This document shows, piece by piece, positions 54,201-64,000 of a DNA stretch of 64,000 nt. The stretch lies in IMG/VR virus record IMGVR_UViG_3300021963_000021, positions 186,001 through 250,000 of that record; one strand, written 5' to 3'. The notes under the pieces were generated by a model. That model made no database searches, was not told the origin of the DNA, and worked only from the letters and a program-made list of their open reading frames with translations. Every line of letters begins with the position of its first letter. Within the stretch, counting starts at the first letter, position 1. Both the position numbers and the translations under genes were made by a program.

Positions 54201-55301
54201 TCACAAGGAATCACCTTGGACAAAATTTTTAATTTCAGATACTGCTGCTTGATTTAGTAAAGTCGATTCTCCGCACTGGTGAGCGCACCTATCTAATCTA
54301 TTACAATTAGTCCAACTGTCTTTTATCTCGTTGAATATTTTACTGTTGACGATGTCTGATAGGGCTGTGTGATTTAAATCAATGCTTTTTAGCCCACCAT
54401 TGTTTTCTATCATTTCAAATAGTTTAGCTCTGTCTGGGTGAAGCTCGGGTTCGTAGCCATAGAAACGATCCAACAGCCATCCGCAGGGCAACACATAGCC
54501 TTCTGCTGACACACAGACTAGTCCAGTTTTCTGTGCCATACAATTTATGTTAGTGTTCTTAAGGTACGAATCGTAATCGCCAAATTTCTCTACGATTTTG
54601 TCATAGACATCATAGCCTCTGTTGAGGTATTTTTTATCAGTGGCAGGTTTAAGCCATCTTATGATTTTGTTATCCTTGTCGTGTACAGGACTTGCGTCTA
54701 TTTTTTTATGTGTTTTATCAATAAATCTAGAAGTGAACTTGACTACGAATCCTTTGAATCCTAATTCAGTACTGAGTTTTCTTGCTGCGTTGACTTGATG
54801 TTCATTGTGCTGGAATACGATATAACTCCATACAGCGTTGCCGCCTGCTTGTATAAAGTTGCGAGCGTTGTCCATAATTTTATCAAAGTCTGTGCCTATC
54901 CTGTAGAGATGATTAGTGTCTTCGAGACCGTCTACGCCAAAAAACACAGTATCCTGCGGTCTAAGAGTCTTGGCTAATTCTTTCCACCAAGCACTACTGC
55001 GAAGGCTTCCGTTAGTTCTTATGGTTATCTGTGCCTGAGACACAGAGTGAAAGTGTTTAACGATATCTATTAGATCAGGATGTACACAGGGATCACCGTA
55101 GGTGCCACACAATCTTATTTCTTTCATGTGTGCTAGTTCTTTTTCTTTGAACTTTTCTCCAATCCATTCAAGGCTGAGATCCACTAACGGTAGTGTAGGC
55201 CAAGTTTTTCCTCCATAGTAATTTCTAATACATTGAGGACAAGACGCATTACACCTTGTAGTGAGTTCAAATTCTATCTGTGTTAGTTTATCGTAGAACA
55301 T
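54201..55301 (-). CDS. radical SAM protein with C-terminal SPASM-like domain (start MFYDKL)
   Basis: CNASCPQC, GTYGDP, RTNG, DGL, C-terminal Cys cluster. Confidence 0.9.
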   Translation of the reverse strand: MFYDKLTQIEFELTTRCNASCPQCIRNYYGGKTWPTLPLVDLSLEWIGEKFKEKELAHMKEIRLCGTYGDPCVHPDLIDIVKHFHSVSQAQITIRTNGSLRSSAWWKELAKTLRPQDTVFFGVDGLEDTNHLYRIGTDFDKIMDNARNFIQAGGNAVWSYIVFQHNEHQVNAARKLSTELGFKGFVVKFTSRFIDKTHKKIDASPVHDKDNKIIRWLKPATDKKYLNRGYDVYDKIVEKFGDYDSYLKNTNINCMAQKTGLVCVSAEGYVLPCGWLLDRFYGYEPELHPDRAKLFEMIENNGGLKSIDLNHTALSDIVNSKIFNEIKDSWTNCNRLDRCAHQCGESTLLNQAAVSEIKNFVQGDSL

Positions 55302-56356
55302 TAACTGTAGTCTAGTAATTCGCCACGACGTCTTAGGTCTAATGTGGTACAATGAAAGCCGCCTGACAAAGTACTGGCGTGCCGCATAGGCAATGGAATC
55401 ACATCAAAGCCGCGTGATTCTAACATTTTAATCAACGGCAACTGCTCTTTGCCTACCATTATTGTTTTTGGATCTACACTTAGTACATTCATGCCTATGA
55501 ATCTACTGGTAGTTGCTAGTCCACCCGGGCACCATTTGCTCACAGGTATTTCTACAACATCGTCAAAATATATTTTGTCCCACTTTTCAAATATTTTAGG
55601 ACAGTTATTGGGATTTACCCTAGAGGAGTTTAATAACACAGTGTGATCGTTCAGTGGAATGATGGTACTGTCAAAGTGTCCGAAACTATAAATGTGTTCA
55701 GCCATGTGTATTCTATAGCCCAATGGTTCTAACAGATTCTTTAACCACTTCATACCCCATTTATTTCCTGTGTTAGAAATTTGAAACAGAATGTCTTTGC
55801 CTAATCTCACACAGTTAGGAGCATCAAACACTGGCTCTAAATCTCTCAGTGTTGGTTTTGATAGGTCTTCAAAGGTATAACTCTCATCAGGCAGTATAGG
55901 TTTAGGTGCCGACACCCAAGCACATCCGTCTTTGATTGCGTCTAACATGATATCGTGATAGGCCCTTGTTTCAAAATATCTAGCTCGCATACAACTAGGA
56001 GTTTCTATCATGATGTTGCCTAATGGCAGTAACAGATCTCTGGGGCACCAAGTATGATACCCAGAAGTCTTCCAATCAGGAGTGCCGAATTCAGCATCGT
56101 GATTTATGTCTTTAGGTCTATGTACAATAACTCCTAGAGACTTTAGTGTGTCAGACATGACTTCTAGATCTTCATTAGCTTCGTCTATCAGTGCTTTTGG
56201 AAATGGTCCTTCTAGTCCTTTGATCTGTTCTTGTGAATATTCAGTGTAGACCATGCTGTGTGTACTGATGTCAATGTTGGCCATGCGAGCACCAGTGGCT
56301 GTGCCGACAATAATTTCCTCTAACGGATCCCAATGATTGTGACTGGATATTTTCAT
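55301..56356 (-). CDS. amidinotransferase (glycine/inosamine-phosphate, StrB1-like)
   Basis: WDPLEEIIVG, CPRD, FDAPN, HFDST, GGFHC.T.D. Confidence 0.9.
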   Translation of the reverse strand: MKISSHNHWDPLEEIIVGTATGARMANIDISTHSMVYTEYSQEQIKGLEGPFPKALIDEANEDLEVMSDTLKSLGVIVHRPKDINHDAEFGTPDWKTSGYHTWCPRDLLLPLGNIMIETPSCMRARYFETRAYHDIMLDAIKDGCAWVSAPKPILPDESYTFEDLSKPTLRDLEPVFDAPNCVRLGKDILFQISNTGNKWGMKWLKNLLEPLGYRIHMAEHIYSFGHFDSTIIPLNDHTVLLNSSRVNPNNCPKIFEKWDKIYFDDVVEIPVSKWCPGGLATTSRFIGMNVLSVDPKTIMVGKEQLPLIKMLESRGFDVIPLPMRHASTLSGGFHCTTLDLRRRGELLDYS

Positions 56357-56357
56357 G

Positions 56358-57509
56358 TTACTCCTTTACTGTAACTAGATGGGTAAAACTTTTCTGTTTA
56401 AACCATCTTGTTAATTCTTCTTCTGTTATGCTGTAATTATTAGATAAAAAATCTAATAGGCTGTTGTTTCTTTCTGCTTCTTTAACAAATATGTTAAAGT
56501 TATGTTCTATGTCATTACGTATAGCTGCTTTATTTTGTTTTATACTTTGTAAGAATACTTCTGTGTTTAACACTATTAGATCAAAGCGATTGTTTTCGTT
56601 AGATAGATGTCCATACGGGAACATATATTCTTCAAATGTCCTTAATCCTTTTGACACTAGATATTGATATTGTTCTACTTCGCCTGCGAAAATAAAAGGA
56701 TGTCTGTTAACCACAGTGCGCCATGTCTTTTCTGTTAGAAATTTATAATCTGTAGCAGGCGGGTAAGCATTGCCTTCGGATATGATACTGAAACAGGTGC
56801 CGTAAAACACACTGGGATCTATCCAACCAGGATTTTGACACCAATCAGTTTCGTGTATTTTAGTTTCTAATAGCTCTGCTGAGGATAGCCTAGAGTAATC
56901 TTTGGCTGTTGAATACAGATCGTCTATGGATCTATCACAGTCATTTAAGAATTGATCATAGTTATACATATCAGCTAAGGCATTTCTACACCATTCTTTA
57001 TCTGACTCAGTCCAAGGAGGGAAAAAACTATACTCTGATCGATTCAGCAGGCCGCTGTTGTAGAATTTACTCAACAATACTATTCTATTTGATCTAGATG
57101 GTACGCCACCTAGGAACAAAAACTTTTCTGCTGTTGGATTCCACGTAGCAGTTTCTTTGTTATTGTAGCTTTGATAGACCATGTTTAAGTTGAAATCCCA
57201 AAACATGATCTTATAGTTTAGATTTCTTTCGTCTAACTTGTGTTGATAGTCATCGCACATGCCTACAATCAATACAAGATCATTTATATTTTTTGAATAG
57301 CAATAGTCTTGTATACGCTGTAACAGAGAATAGTATTCTTCGTTGTCTTTGTATAAGAATCCGTCAACTAACATTAGACCAATAATAGAATCGCAGCCTT
57401 CTTGGCTGGCAATATCTATTTCTTTTAACACTAGGTCTTTGGTTAGGTCTAAAATGTCTACAGATTTGGTAGTATATAACACTTCGAAATTTATTATCTT
57501 AGCTTTCAT
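56358..57509 (-). CDS. hypothetical, glycosyltransferase-like protein
   Basis: R..R..LL, FSIISE, TEKTWR, HPFI..G, GLRTF. Confidence 0.45.
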   Translation of the reverse strand: MKAKIINFEVLYTTKSVDILDLTKDLVLKEIDIASQEGCDSIIGLMLVDGFLYKDNEEYYSLLQRIQDYCYSKNINDLVLIVGMCDDYQHKLDERNLNYKIMFWDFNLNMVYQSYNNKETATWNPTAEKFLFLGGVPSRSNRIVLLSKFYNSGLLNRSEYSFFPPWTESDKEWCRNALADMYNYDQFLNDCDRSIDDLYSTAKDYSRLSSAELLETKIHETDWCQNPGWIDPSVFYGTCFSIISEGNAYPPATDYKFLTEKTWRTVVNRHPFIFAGEVEQYQYLVSKGLRTFEEYMFPYGHLSNENNRFDLIVLNTEVFLQSIKQNKAAIRNDIEHNFNIFVKEAERNNSLLDFLSNNYSITEEELTRWFKQKSFTHLVTVKE

Positions 57510-58410
57510 CTATGCTACCTAGGTGTAAAAATTTATGAAAGCTGAGTCTATTGGTATTTCCGCCTCTGTTGTATTCTTCCCAACCTGCTCCGCCAATGCC
57601 GAATAACACTGTACTGCTAGGATCAACTTTTAATTGTTGGCAAAATTCTAATTGTTTTTGTTTATAACGATCTGGTATAAAGTCTGGGCTGAATGTTTCA
57701 ATGAATTTCTTTCCTATATATGCGCCTAGACGGTTAACATATTTGCTTTTGTTCAGAACAAACATACTGTCATCATCATCTGTTTTAGTTAGACGCATAC
57801 CGACTCGAGCATGAGCAATAGGAAATGTTTTTGATAGACTAAACACTACGTCAGTTATACAGTTATAACTTAGATCAAACTCAATACCTGAACAAATTCC
57901 GTAATAAGCACAGTCTATTAACACAGGAATTTTCAACTGCTCACACTGTCTTAACACTTCGGCATGTCTACTATGTTGATTTCCGGTGTCGGCAAATGGT
58001 ATAGATATTACTACAGCATCGTTAGCGTCTAAAGGAGAGTTCTCGATGTGCTGCCAGTTGGGCCAACTGTTACGCCAAACCAATTGATGATACATATATT
58101 CGCCTTTGAAACATCTAAATCGTCTGGTATTGTTTTTCATGTAAAACTTATCAAATGATTCAGTGGTTCCGTTTGAATAACATCTATAGGTAAAATTATC
58201 CAAACCTTTGAAACTGTTTTTAGTACCAGATTTAATCCAATCTAAATACTCCGAACAGAAGTTGCCGACAACATTATCATCGTCCAACACATCGTGTACA
58301 TGTTGGAGTGATTCATTAAGCACAGCCATAGTATCAGAATCTCTAATAGCAAAAGAGTTTCCAAATTTTAAATGGCGCTTGTCCATAGGCAATTTTTCTT
58401 CACGGTCCAT
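57499..58410 (-). CDS. PLP-dependent aminotransferase-like protein (start uncertain)
   Basis: LIDCAY, FSLSK, RVGMR. Confidence 0.7.
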   Translation of the reverse strand: MDREEKLPMDKRHLKFGNSFAIRDSDTMAVLNESLQHVHDVLDDDNVVGNFCSEYLDWIKSGTKNSFKGLDNFTYRCYSNGTTESFDKFYMKNNTRRFRCFKGEYMYHQLVWRNSWPNWQHIENSPLDANDAVVISIPFADTGNQHSRHAEVLRQCEQLKIPVLIDCAYYGICSGIEFDLSYNCITDVVFSLSKTFPIAHARVGMRLTKTDDDDSMFVLNKSKYVNRLGAYIGKKFIETFSPDFIPDRYKQKQLEFCQQLKVDPSSTVLFGIGGAGWEEYNRGGNTNRLSFHKFLHLGSIDES

Positions 58411-58449
58411 ACTTGTAGTTATCTGCGCTGTTATTGTATAACTACAAGT

Positions 58450-59208
58450 ATGATATCGCAAGAAGCACTAGATTTTTATAAAAAGAACAAAGACCTGAAA
58501 TGGCGGATGTATCCGATCCCTGAAAATCTAACCACGGATATTGAAAAGGCAAATTGGATACTAAACGAAGCCGAGTTTGGTTGGATAGAATTAGATCTAT
58601 CTATCGATCTTGCTGGCTGGCAATTAGAAGCAGGTCAGTGTCGTGACTATTTTGTTGCCCACAGAGAAAACAGTTCTCATGGATGGCGCAGTTGTTGTAT
58701 ACATGGTATAGGTATTGATAAAACCGGTGCGTGGACCAACTACGGTTATACCGACGAAGCAGACGTTCCTTACCGATGGACTGATCTAGCATACCGAGCT
58801 CCCCAGGTAACCAACTTCTGGAGGAATAATTTCCCTGCTGTTGATTACCGAAGGATTCGATTTATGGATATCATTCCAGGTGGATCCATTAATCCACACA
58901 GCGACAGACCCGGGAATCTACCAGGCGAAGAAAACTTTGATGCTTTGACGTTTGGTGTTCCTGTTAACATAGCCGTGTTACATCCAGAAAGCTGTCACAT
59001 GGTACTAGAAGGATTTGGCACTGTGCCATTCCAAGAAGGTCAAGCATTTATTATCAACATACGACACAGGCATTCTGTGATTAATTTTTCAAATAAACAT
59101 CGTGTACACGTTATCGGCCACAGTAAAGGCTACGGTAAACGGTTAGAAGATTTTGCTAGTCTAGTAGTCAGGAGTTATCAGAAACAATATGAACATTATA
59201 AAGTATAA
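58450..59208 (+). CDS. Asp/Asn beta-hydroxylase-like 2OG-Fe(II) oxygenase
   Basis: IRFM...PGG.I.PHSD, HSVIN, R.H.I. Confidence 0.75.
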   Translation: MISQEALDFYKKNKDLKWRMYPIPENLTTDIEKANWILNEAEFGWIELDLSIDLAGWQLEAGQCRDYFVAHRENSSHGWRSCCIHGIGIDKTGAWTNYGYTDEADVPYRWTDLAYRAPQVTNFWRNNFPAVDYRRIRFMDIIPGGSINPHSDRPGNLPGEENFDALTFGVPVNIAVLHPESCHMVLEGFGTVPFQEGQAFIINIRHRHSVINFSNKHRVHVIGHSKGYGKRLEDFASLVVRSYQKQYEHYKV

Positions 59209-60400
59209 TAGAAATAACGAAAAAAAGAATGTAGTCTATTGTATGGTAGATAATTCTCGTGAATTCTCACCCAGAATTAGACAGATAATAAAAAACATAG
59301 CCGACTATACTGTGTCTAATCTGTATATAAAAAATATAGATCTCTTACAGGGAGAAGATGAAGATATACTTTTAGATATTGCCTGTGATTCTGGATACGA
59401 TCACGCTGTGGTGTTCAACATAGGAACAGAGTTTATAGGCGGCAGTGGCTTCTTTAATGTTGTTGAAAATCTAGTCCAGCAGGATTATTTTATAGCAGGG
59501 CATATACTAGACAGAAAAGATGCTTACTATGAACTACACCATCAGTGTTACATTGTTAATCTGCGCTACTATAAACGATTAGGCAGACCGGAGGTAGGTA
59601 ATCAAGAGCTAGGTGCGCAGCATCGTCAATGCGAACCCTGGAGAAGTCCAGAAAACTATCATGATGATTATACACCTATTTGGGTCTCCGGTGGTGACGA
59701 ACATAAAACATACAATCATAAACTACACGGCTGGAATATACTAGGTATAGCCTTTGAAGAAGATTACAAAGTTGTGGTATTCGATGATGAACTAAGACAA
59801 CACAAACGACATCACTATCCTGAGTCTAATAAGGATTTTAATAAATCCCTACAATGGTTACATTTTAGACAGAACTACTGTGCCAACGATTTTGTACATA
59901 CGGAAAACACTGATTTAGAACACGACATTGGAGTTAGTGATCTACAGCAATTAGTAATACCAGCCAGTGGAACTATGTATACAGATCTCTTGGTCGACGG
60001 AGGATCTGTAATAATGTATGATTACAATCAAAATTCTCTAGACTATTGGAATGAACACTCCCCGTCTGATTATCAATTAAAAAGAGTAGATCTATTAGGA
60101 GCAGAGTTTGACCTCGATGATTTATTCGATACCAGCATACCAAACACACTTATCAATCTAACAAATATTTTCTGTTATGAAGGAACCTGTGCGTTCGCAG
60201 ACATTGACTACAGAGTCTATAAAGAAAATCAACTGTTGGAAAAATTACAGTCACAATGCCCAGACGTATTTGTTAATTTTACAAATAGAGCAGCCATGGG
60301 ATTTATCGATGATTTGAAGTTGTTTGGGAAAGCCAAGGATTTTGAGTTGACAGATTTAAAGAAGGCCTTTAAGCCGACATACTGGTTTTTAAATCGCTGA
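59189..60400 (+). CDS. hypothetical protein (403 aa)
   Basis: Coupled ORF within the enzyme cluster. Confidence 0.55.
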   Translation: MNIIKYNRNNEKKNVVYCMVDNSREFSPRIRQIIKNIADYTVSNLYIKNIDLLQGEDEDILLDIACDSGYDHAVVFNIGTEFIGGSGFFNVVENLVQQDYFIAGHILDRKDAYYELHHQCYIVNLRYYKRLGRPEVGNQELGAQHRQCEPWRSPENYHDDYTPIWVSGGDEHKTYNHKLHGWNILGIAFEEDYKVVVFDDELRQHKRHHYPESNKDFNKSLQWLHFRQNYCANDFVHTENTDLEHDIGVSDLQQLVIPASGTMYTDLLVDGGSVIMYDYNQNSLDYWNEHSPSDYQLKRVDLLGAEFDLDDLFDTSIPNTLINLTNIFCYEGTCAFADIDYRVYKENQLLEKLQSQCPDVFVNFTNRAAMGFIDDLKLFGKAKDFELTDLKKAFKPTYWFLNR

Positions 60401-61523
60401 TTGCTTTATTGAAAAACTGTTGACTTTCTGACCAACTCGGGACATGTTGATAGTTTTCTATGTAGTTATGTAACCACGGATTCAAATCTTTTAGATCTTC
60501 GCTGCGTATTTCATTTAGCTTTCTATGAAAATTTATAAAGTGTCCAAACAGATCCTCTCCGTCTTGATCCATATAATTTAATACCTGTTCGTTGTTTATA
60601 TAAGATCTAACAGCGTCTTTGAACTCTTTAGGTGTATTCTTTAAACTTAGAAACACAGGATATTGTATTACCTGATGTGTTCTAATAAACAACGGATAAT
60701 AGTCTTTTATAAAATCGTCTAGTTCTTGAATCATGTTAGCATTATAGACACTGACTGCGCTGTGTATCATAATAGTTGAACTATTCAAAGGACGATGTCT
60801 AGCAAGGTCGTGCCAAAAGTTCATCACATCTACTACATTATCAAAGTTAGATCCTGATCTAATTACATTGTTTAATTTTCCATAGGCATCTATGCTGAGG
60901 GCTATTTTTATTTTCTTGGCACCTTCAACGGCTTTTAGCACATTACCACTTGGGATAGTAGTACAGTTAGTGCTCATTGATAACGTAATATTATCTAACT
61001 GTGGTAAGGATCCAAGAAACTCGTCAACATCATTGCTAATCGTAGGTTCGCCGCCATAGATATCTACCATCTCTATTTTGCTGATATCTAGTTCTTTGTA
61101 GATGGTATTTTTGTGATACTTCTTGTCGCTTAAGGTTTGTCCATAAAGAAGTTTCTCTTCTTCGTACCAAAGATGACTGTAAGGACTAGCACAGCTACGA
61201 CATTTGAGATTACATACATTGTCAAAAAATATTTCAGCAATCTTTAGAGTGTCAGAGGTATCAACACCAAACTCATCTATGGTCTTTTGACGCATAGATC
61301 TCATACCAGCAGCTTCCTCGGCAGGGCACTGGCAACCTATACCGTGCTGACCATTTAACATACGCTGTCTAAGATCTTCCATATACTTTCCTTGTCGCAC
61401 TTCTTGTATAGGAATTATCTTTTGAAACGGTCCCGAGTCCATGTATTGTCCACAGGGCAGAACTGTGTTATTGGCCTGTAAACTTATACCATTAAATGGA
61501 TACGGGCAGTAGGTGTTGCTCAT
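60369..61523 (-). CDS. radical SAM protein with N-terminal twitch/SPASM-like domain
   Basis: CNLKCRSC, GGEPT, STN, SIDA. Confidence 0.9.
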   Translation of the reverse strand: MSNTYCPYPFNGISLQANNTVLPCGQYMDSGPFQKIIPIQEVRQGKYMEDLRQRMLNGQHGIGCQCPAEEAAGMRSMRQKTIDEFGVDTSDTLKIAEIFFDNVCNLKCRSCASPYSHLWYEEEKLLYGQTLSDKKYHKNTIYKELDISKIEMVDIYGGEPTISNDVDEFLGSLPQLDNITLSMSTNCTTIPSGNVLKAVEGAKKIKIALSIDAYGKLNNVIRSGSNFDNVVDVMNFWHDLARHRPLNSSTIMIHSAVSVYNANMIQELDDFIKDYYPLFIRTHQVIQYPVFLSLKNTPKEFKDAVRSYINNEQVLNYMDQDGEDLFGHFINFHRKLNEIRSEDLKDLNPWLHNYIENYQHVPSWSESQQFFNKAISDLKTSMSA

Positions 61524-62014
61524 AGGTATTCTGTTACCAACAGCATGATCCTAGGAGTATGTCCGATGTTGGCAGCACCGTGTATATCAGTAGGGTCGTC
61601 GAACTCAAACAAATCGCCTTTTTTGTAATTGTTAATTAACTGATCTTTGTAGATGAATACATGACCGGCTTCGTAGTCTTGTAAAGGCATCCAGTATCTT
61701 TTACAGGGTTTATCGTGTGTGTGAGGATCGGCATGTATGGGCATAAACTGTCCGGGCATCATTTTTGTAAACCAACAGTGCGAAGGACCCTGACACCAGG
61801 GTGGGAACATTTTAATGTTTAAATCTTTTTCTTCATATACCCACCAGTTTACTGCTGTTAGATCATACCCGGCTTCTTTAGCTCTAGCATATTCAGCAAC
61901 TTCTTGTGCGTATGCTGGCGGCCAATCTCTAGGTCTTGCTTGACCTTCTTTTTCTAATATGGCTGTAATCCAAAGATCGTTGATCCAGCGGGCGTAGTTG
62001 TTTAACAGTTTCAT
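61520..62014 (-). CDS. 2OG-Fe(II) oxygenase-like protein
   Basis: PGQFMPIHADPH, HGAANIG..PR. Confidence 0.7.
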   Translation of the reverse strand: MKLLNNYARWINDLWITAILEKEGQARPRDWPPAYAQEVAEYARAKEAGYDLTAVNWWVYEEKDLNIKMFPPWCQGPSHCWFTKMMPGQFMPIHADPHTHDKPCKRYWMPLQDYEAGHVFIYKDQLINNYKKGDLFEFDDPTDIHGAANIGHTPRIMLLVTEYL

Positions 62015-63150
62015 GTCTTAAGACCTCTAATCTGATCTATGAAAAATATTTTACTATCTACTCTATTAGGATTCTGTTTTTTGTATTGTTCTATGTATTC
62101 GTAGAACAAAGGATTTGCGTCTTTTAATGTTTCTTGCCTCAGAAAATCTAACTTGGTATGTGCGTTTATAAAATGCTCGAAATGATCTTCGGCATCTTGA
62201 TCTAAGAAATTTAAAATCTCAGCGTATTCATTGCCGTATGCTTCGACGATGGGTCTGATTATCTTTTTATAATCAGCAGGCAAATGATTGATAGAAAGAT
62301 AGTTAGGCCACATCAGCAATCTTCTGGTATGTTTGAATCTAGGAAAATTCGTTTCGGTGAATGTTTTTATAGGTGCTAAAAGATTAACATTATATGCGCT
62401 GACTGTGGTATGTAATTGTATTTCAGTTAGCCCAGTTCGTTGATCAAATAGACTGTCAAACACTTTCATGATTTCGCAAGACGACTCAAAATCAGCACCA
62501 CTTCTAAAATAATCGTTGATGCCTCCATGACCATCTATACTCAATGTTATCCAAAGGTCTTTGGCTCCCCTAAAAATTTCCATCCATCTCTCTGAAGGGA
62601 CCACTGTACAATTCGTGGATATTCCTAGGAAGATATTTTTAAGTTTTCCCTGCTGTAACAAATCATACATGAAGTTTTCGGCTTTTTTGCTTAGGAGAGG
62701 TTCTCCTCCTGAAAGATTAATTTCAGCCAGTTCACTGTAATCTAAATTTTCTTGATATGTGCTAGTGACATACTTTGTGTCAATGAAAGTCTCACCGTAG
62801 AGTTCTTTTTCATCTTCAAATATTAAATGGCTGTTAGTGCTGACACAGCCTCTACATTTGAGATTACACACATTGTCAAAACTGATGTCTAAAACTTTTA
62901 GTTTAGATTTGTAGGTAACACCATATTTTTTAATATAGTCAGTACGTCTAGAATCTTTACCATGCTCTTCGTCATGGTAGCATTGAGCGCAGTTGGGAAC
63001 ACGCTCTCCATTGATCATTGCCTGTTTTACTTTTTCAAAATCTACAATGCCTGTGATTTCGTCGTGTGCCCAATAGCAACAGGGTGCTACTAGATTAGGC
63101 ACTACATTAAGACCGATCCACGGAAATGGACAATATGTATTAGAAGTCAT
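62011..63150 (-). CDS. radical SAM protein, paralogue of 60369-61523
   Basis: CNLKCRGC, GGEPL, STN, SIDG. Confidence 0.9.
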   Translation of the reverse strand: MTSNTYCPFPWIGLNVVPNLVAPCCYWAHDEITGIVDFEKVKQAMINGERVPNCAQCYHDEEHGKDSRRTDYIKKYGVTYKSKLKVLDISFDNVCNLKCRGCVSTNSHLIFEDEKELYGETFIDTKYVTSTYQENLDYSELAEINLSGGEPLLSKKAENFMYDLLQQGKLKNIFLGISTNCTVVPSERWMEIFRGAKDLWITLSIDGHGGINDYFRSGADFESSCEIMKVFDSLFDQRTGLTEIQLHTTVSAYNVNLLAPIKTFTETNFPRFKHTRRLLMWPNYLSINHLPADYKKIIRPIVEAYGNEYAEILNFLDQDAEDHFEHFINAHTKLDFLRQETLKDANPLFYEYIEQYKKQNPNRVDSKIFFIDQIRGLKT

Positions 63151-63965
63151 TAATAACTACCTAAGTTTCCTATGCCGATTTTATTTCTAAAATCGTCTGT
63201 GAATTTACAATCAATCCTTAGACCATATTCTTGCTCTAGGCTGTGTTCCCCGCCATGCCAATCTTGATCATTCCAGAAAGCAGCGTGTGAGTTCACATAG
63301 TGCTTATCTTGTGTGTCTGGATCCCATATATAGAATCCACGTTTTGTACGATATCTAATGTGTATAAATTCGTTGTTATGTGGTGTATAGTAGTCGTTCT
63401 CGAATACACCATTCTTGGCATCTAGATCTCTGTGTTCAAATGCCTTGCCGTTGTGATCGCATAAGAAGAATATCACACGACCTATTCTGTCTATGATATT
63501 CTGCTGCTGTAGATTTTCCACCCAACGTACTACGTTAGGAAAATGTTGGCTTTCTTCGGTCTTTTGGCGTTCGGAATTACGTTCATTCCAATCTCCCTCA
63601 TTCCACAAGAAGTAATATATGTAAGGGTCATTGGCACCTAGTGCTGATTTAAGATATCTAGTAAACAGATTTCTTTGTTTGTAGTCTTTGAAATCTTTAG
63701 GGTATATTTCTTTTCCCTGTACTTTGATAGGATGGTCGTCTGCTAATGCTAGGTATTCTTCATGTGCTTTGTATATTGGTTTCCAGTCCCATTTGTAACT
63801 GCCACGGCTTTGATCAAAGCCCGGCGCCATCCAAGTTCCTTCTTTGGCATAATCTCTAGCCAACGCAAGGCCTTTACATATCTCAGGATGTAAATCTATG
63901 AACCCTTGTATGTCCAAATAAGGGTCTAAATTAATATAAGGGTGTCCACCAATACCGCGAATCAT
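63150..63965 (-). CDS. 2OG-Fe(II) oxygenase-like protein
   Basis: EHRD, DQDWHG, LRID. Confidence 0.55.
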   Translation of the reverse strand: MIRGIGGHPYINLDPYLDIQGFIDLHPEICKGLALARDYAKEGTWMAPGFDQSRGSYKWDWKPIYKAHEEYLALADDHPIKVQGKEIYPKDFKDYKQRNLFTRYLKSALGANDPYIYYFLWNEGDWNERNSERQKTEESQHFPNVVRWVENLQQQNIIDRIGRVIFFLCDHNGKAFEHRDLDAKNGVFENDYYTPHNNEFIHIRYRTKRGFYIWDPDTQDKHYVNSHAAFWNDQDWHGGEHSLEQEYGLRIDCKFTDDFRNKIGIGNLGSY

Positions 63966-64000
63966 ACAACTACTTATTCGCTATATACGATATGAACAAC

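Noticed and set aside
55301-56356. Amidinotransferase as the archaeosine (dG+) enzyme partnering queD
   Set aside because: Its motifs are those of the glycine/inosamine amidinotransferase family, not ArcS, QueF-like or Gat-QueC.

Overview
A 64-kb segment of a large T4-like myophage genome. The host is probably a Gram-negative proteobacterium, inferred from the spanin pair and the iscU/iscA/fdxA genes. Both sigma70 promoters and T4-type TAAATA late-promoter motifs occur. Order of content: spanins, phoH, ferredoxin, clamp loader, MBD4-like glycosylase, MazG-like protein, GroES, a DnaE fragment (0-7 kb); baseplate/tail-fibre module with an S8 protease and a 2744-aa protein (7-24 kb and 30-35 kb); iscA/iscU, uvsE, glycosyltransferases, queD (24-30 kb); small hypotheticals, ahpC/ahpD and a malonyl-CoA decarboxylase-like gene (35-42 kb). 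A minus-strand translation island (42-52.5 kb) holds an RNA ligase/kinase/phosphoesterase set, a truncated RF1-like release factor with an in-frame UGA at a conserved Trp position, 27 CCA-encoding tRNAs covering all 20 amino acids, and several structured ncRNA candidates, one GOLLD-like. The array is headed by tandem promoters, a 45-codon leader ORF using all 20 amino acids, and a terminator/antiterminator switch, which looks like a general translation-sensing attenuator. The window ends in a radical-SAM/2OG-oxygenase/amidinotransferase/aminotransferase cluster (52.5-64 kb). All calls come from manual motif reading; no database searches or folding programs were run.
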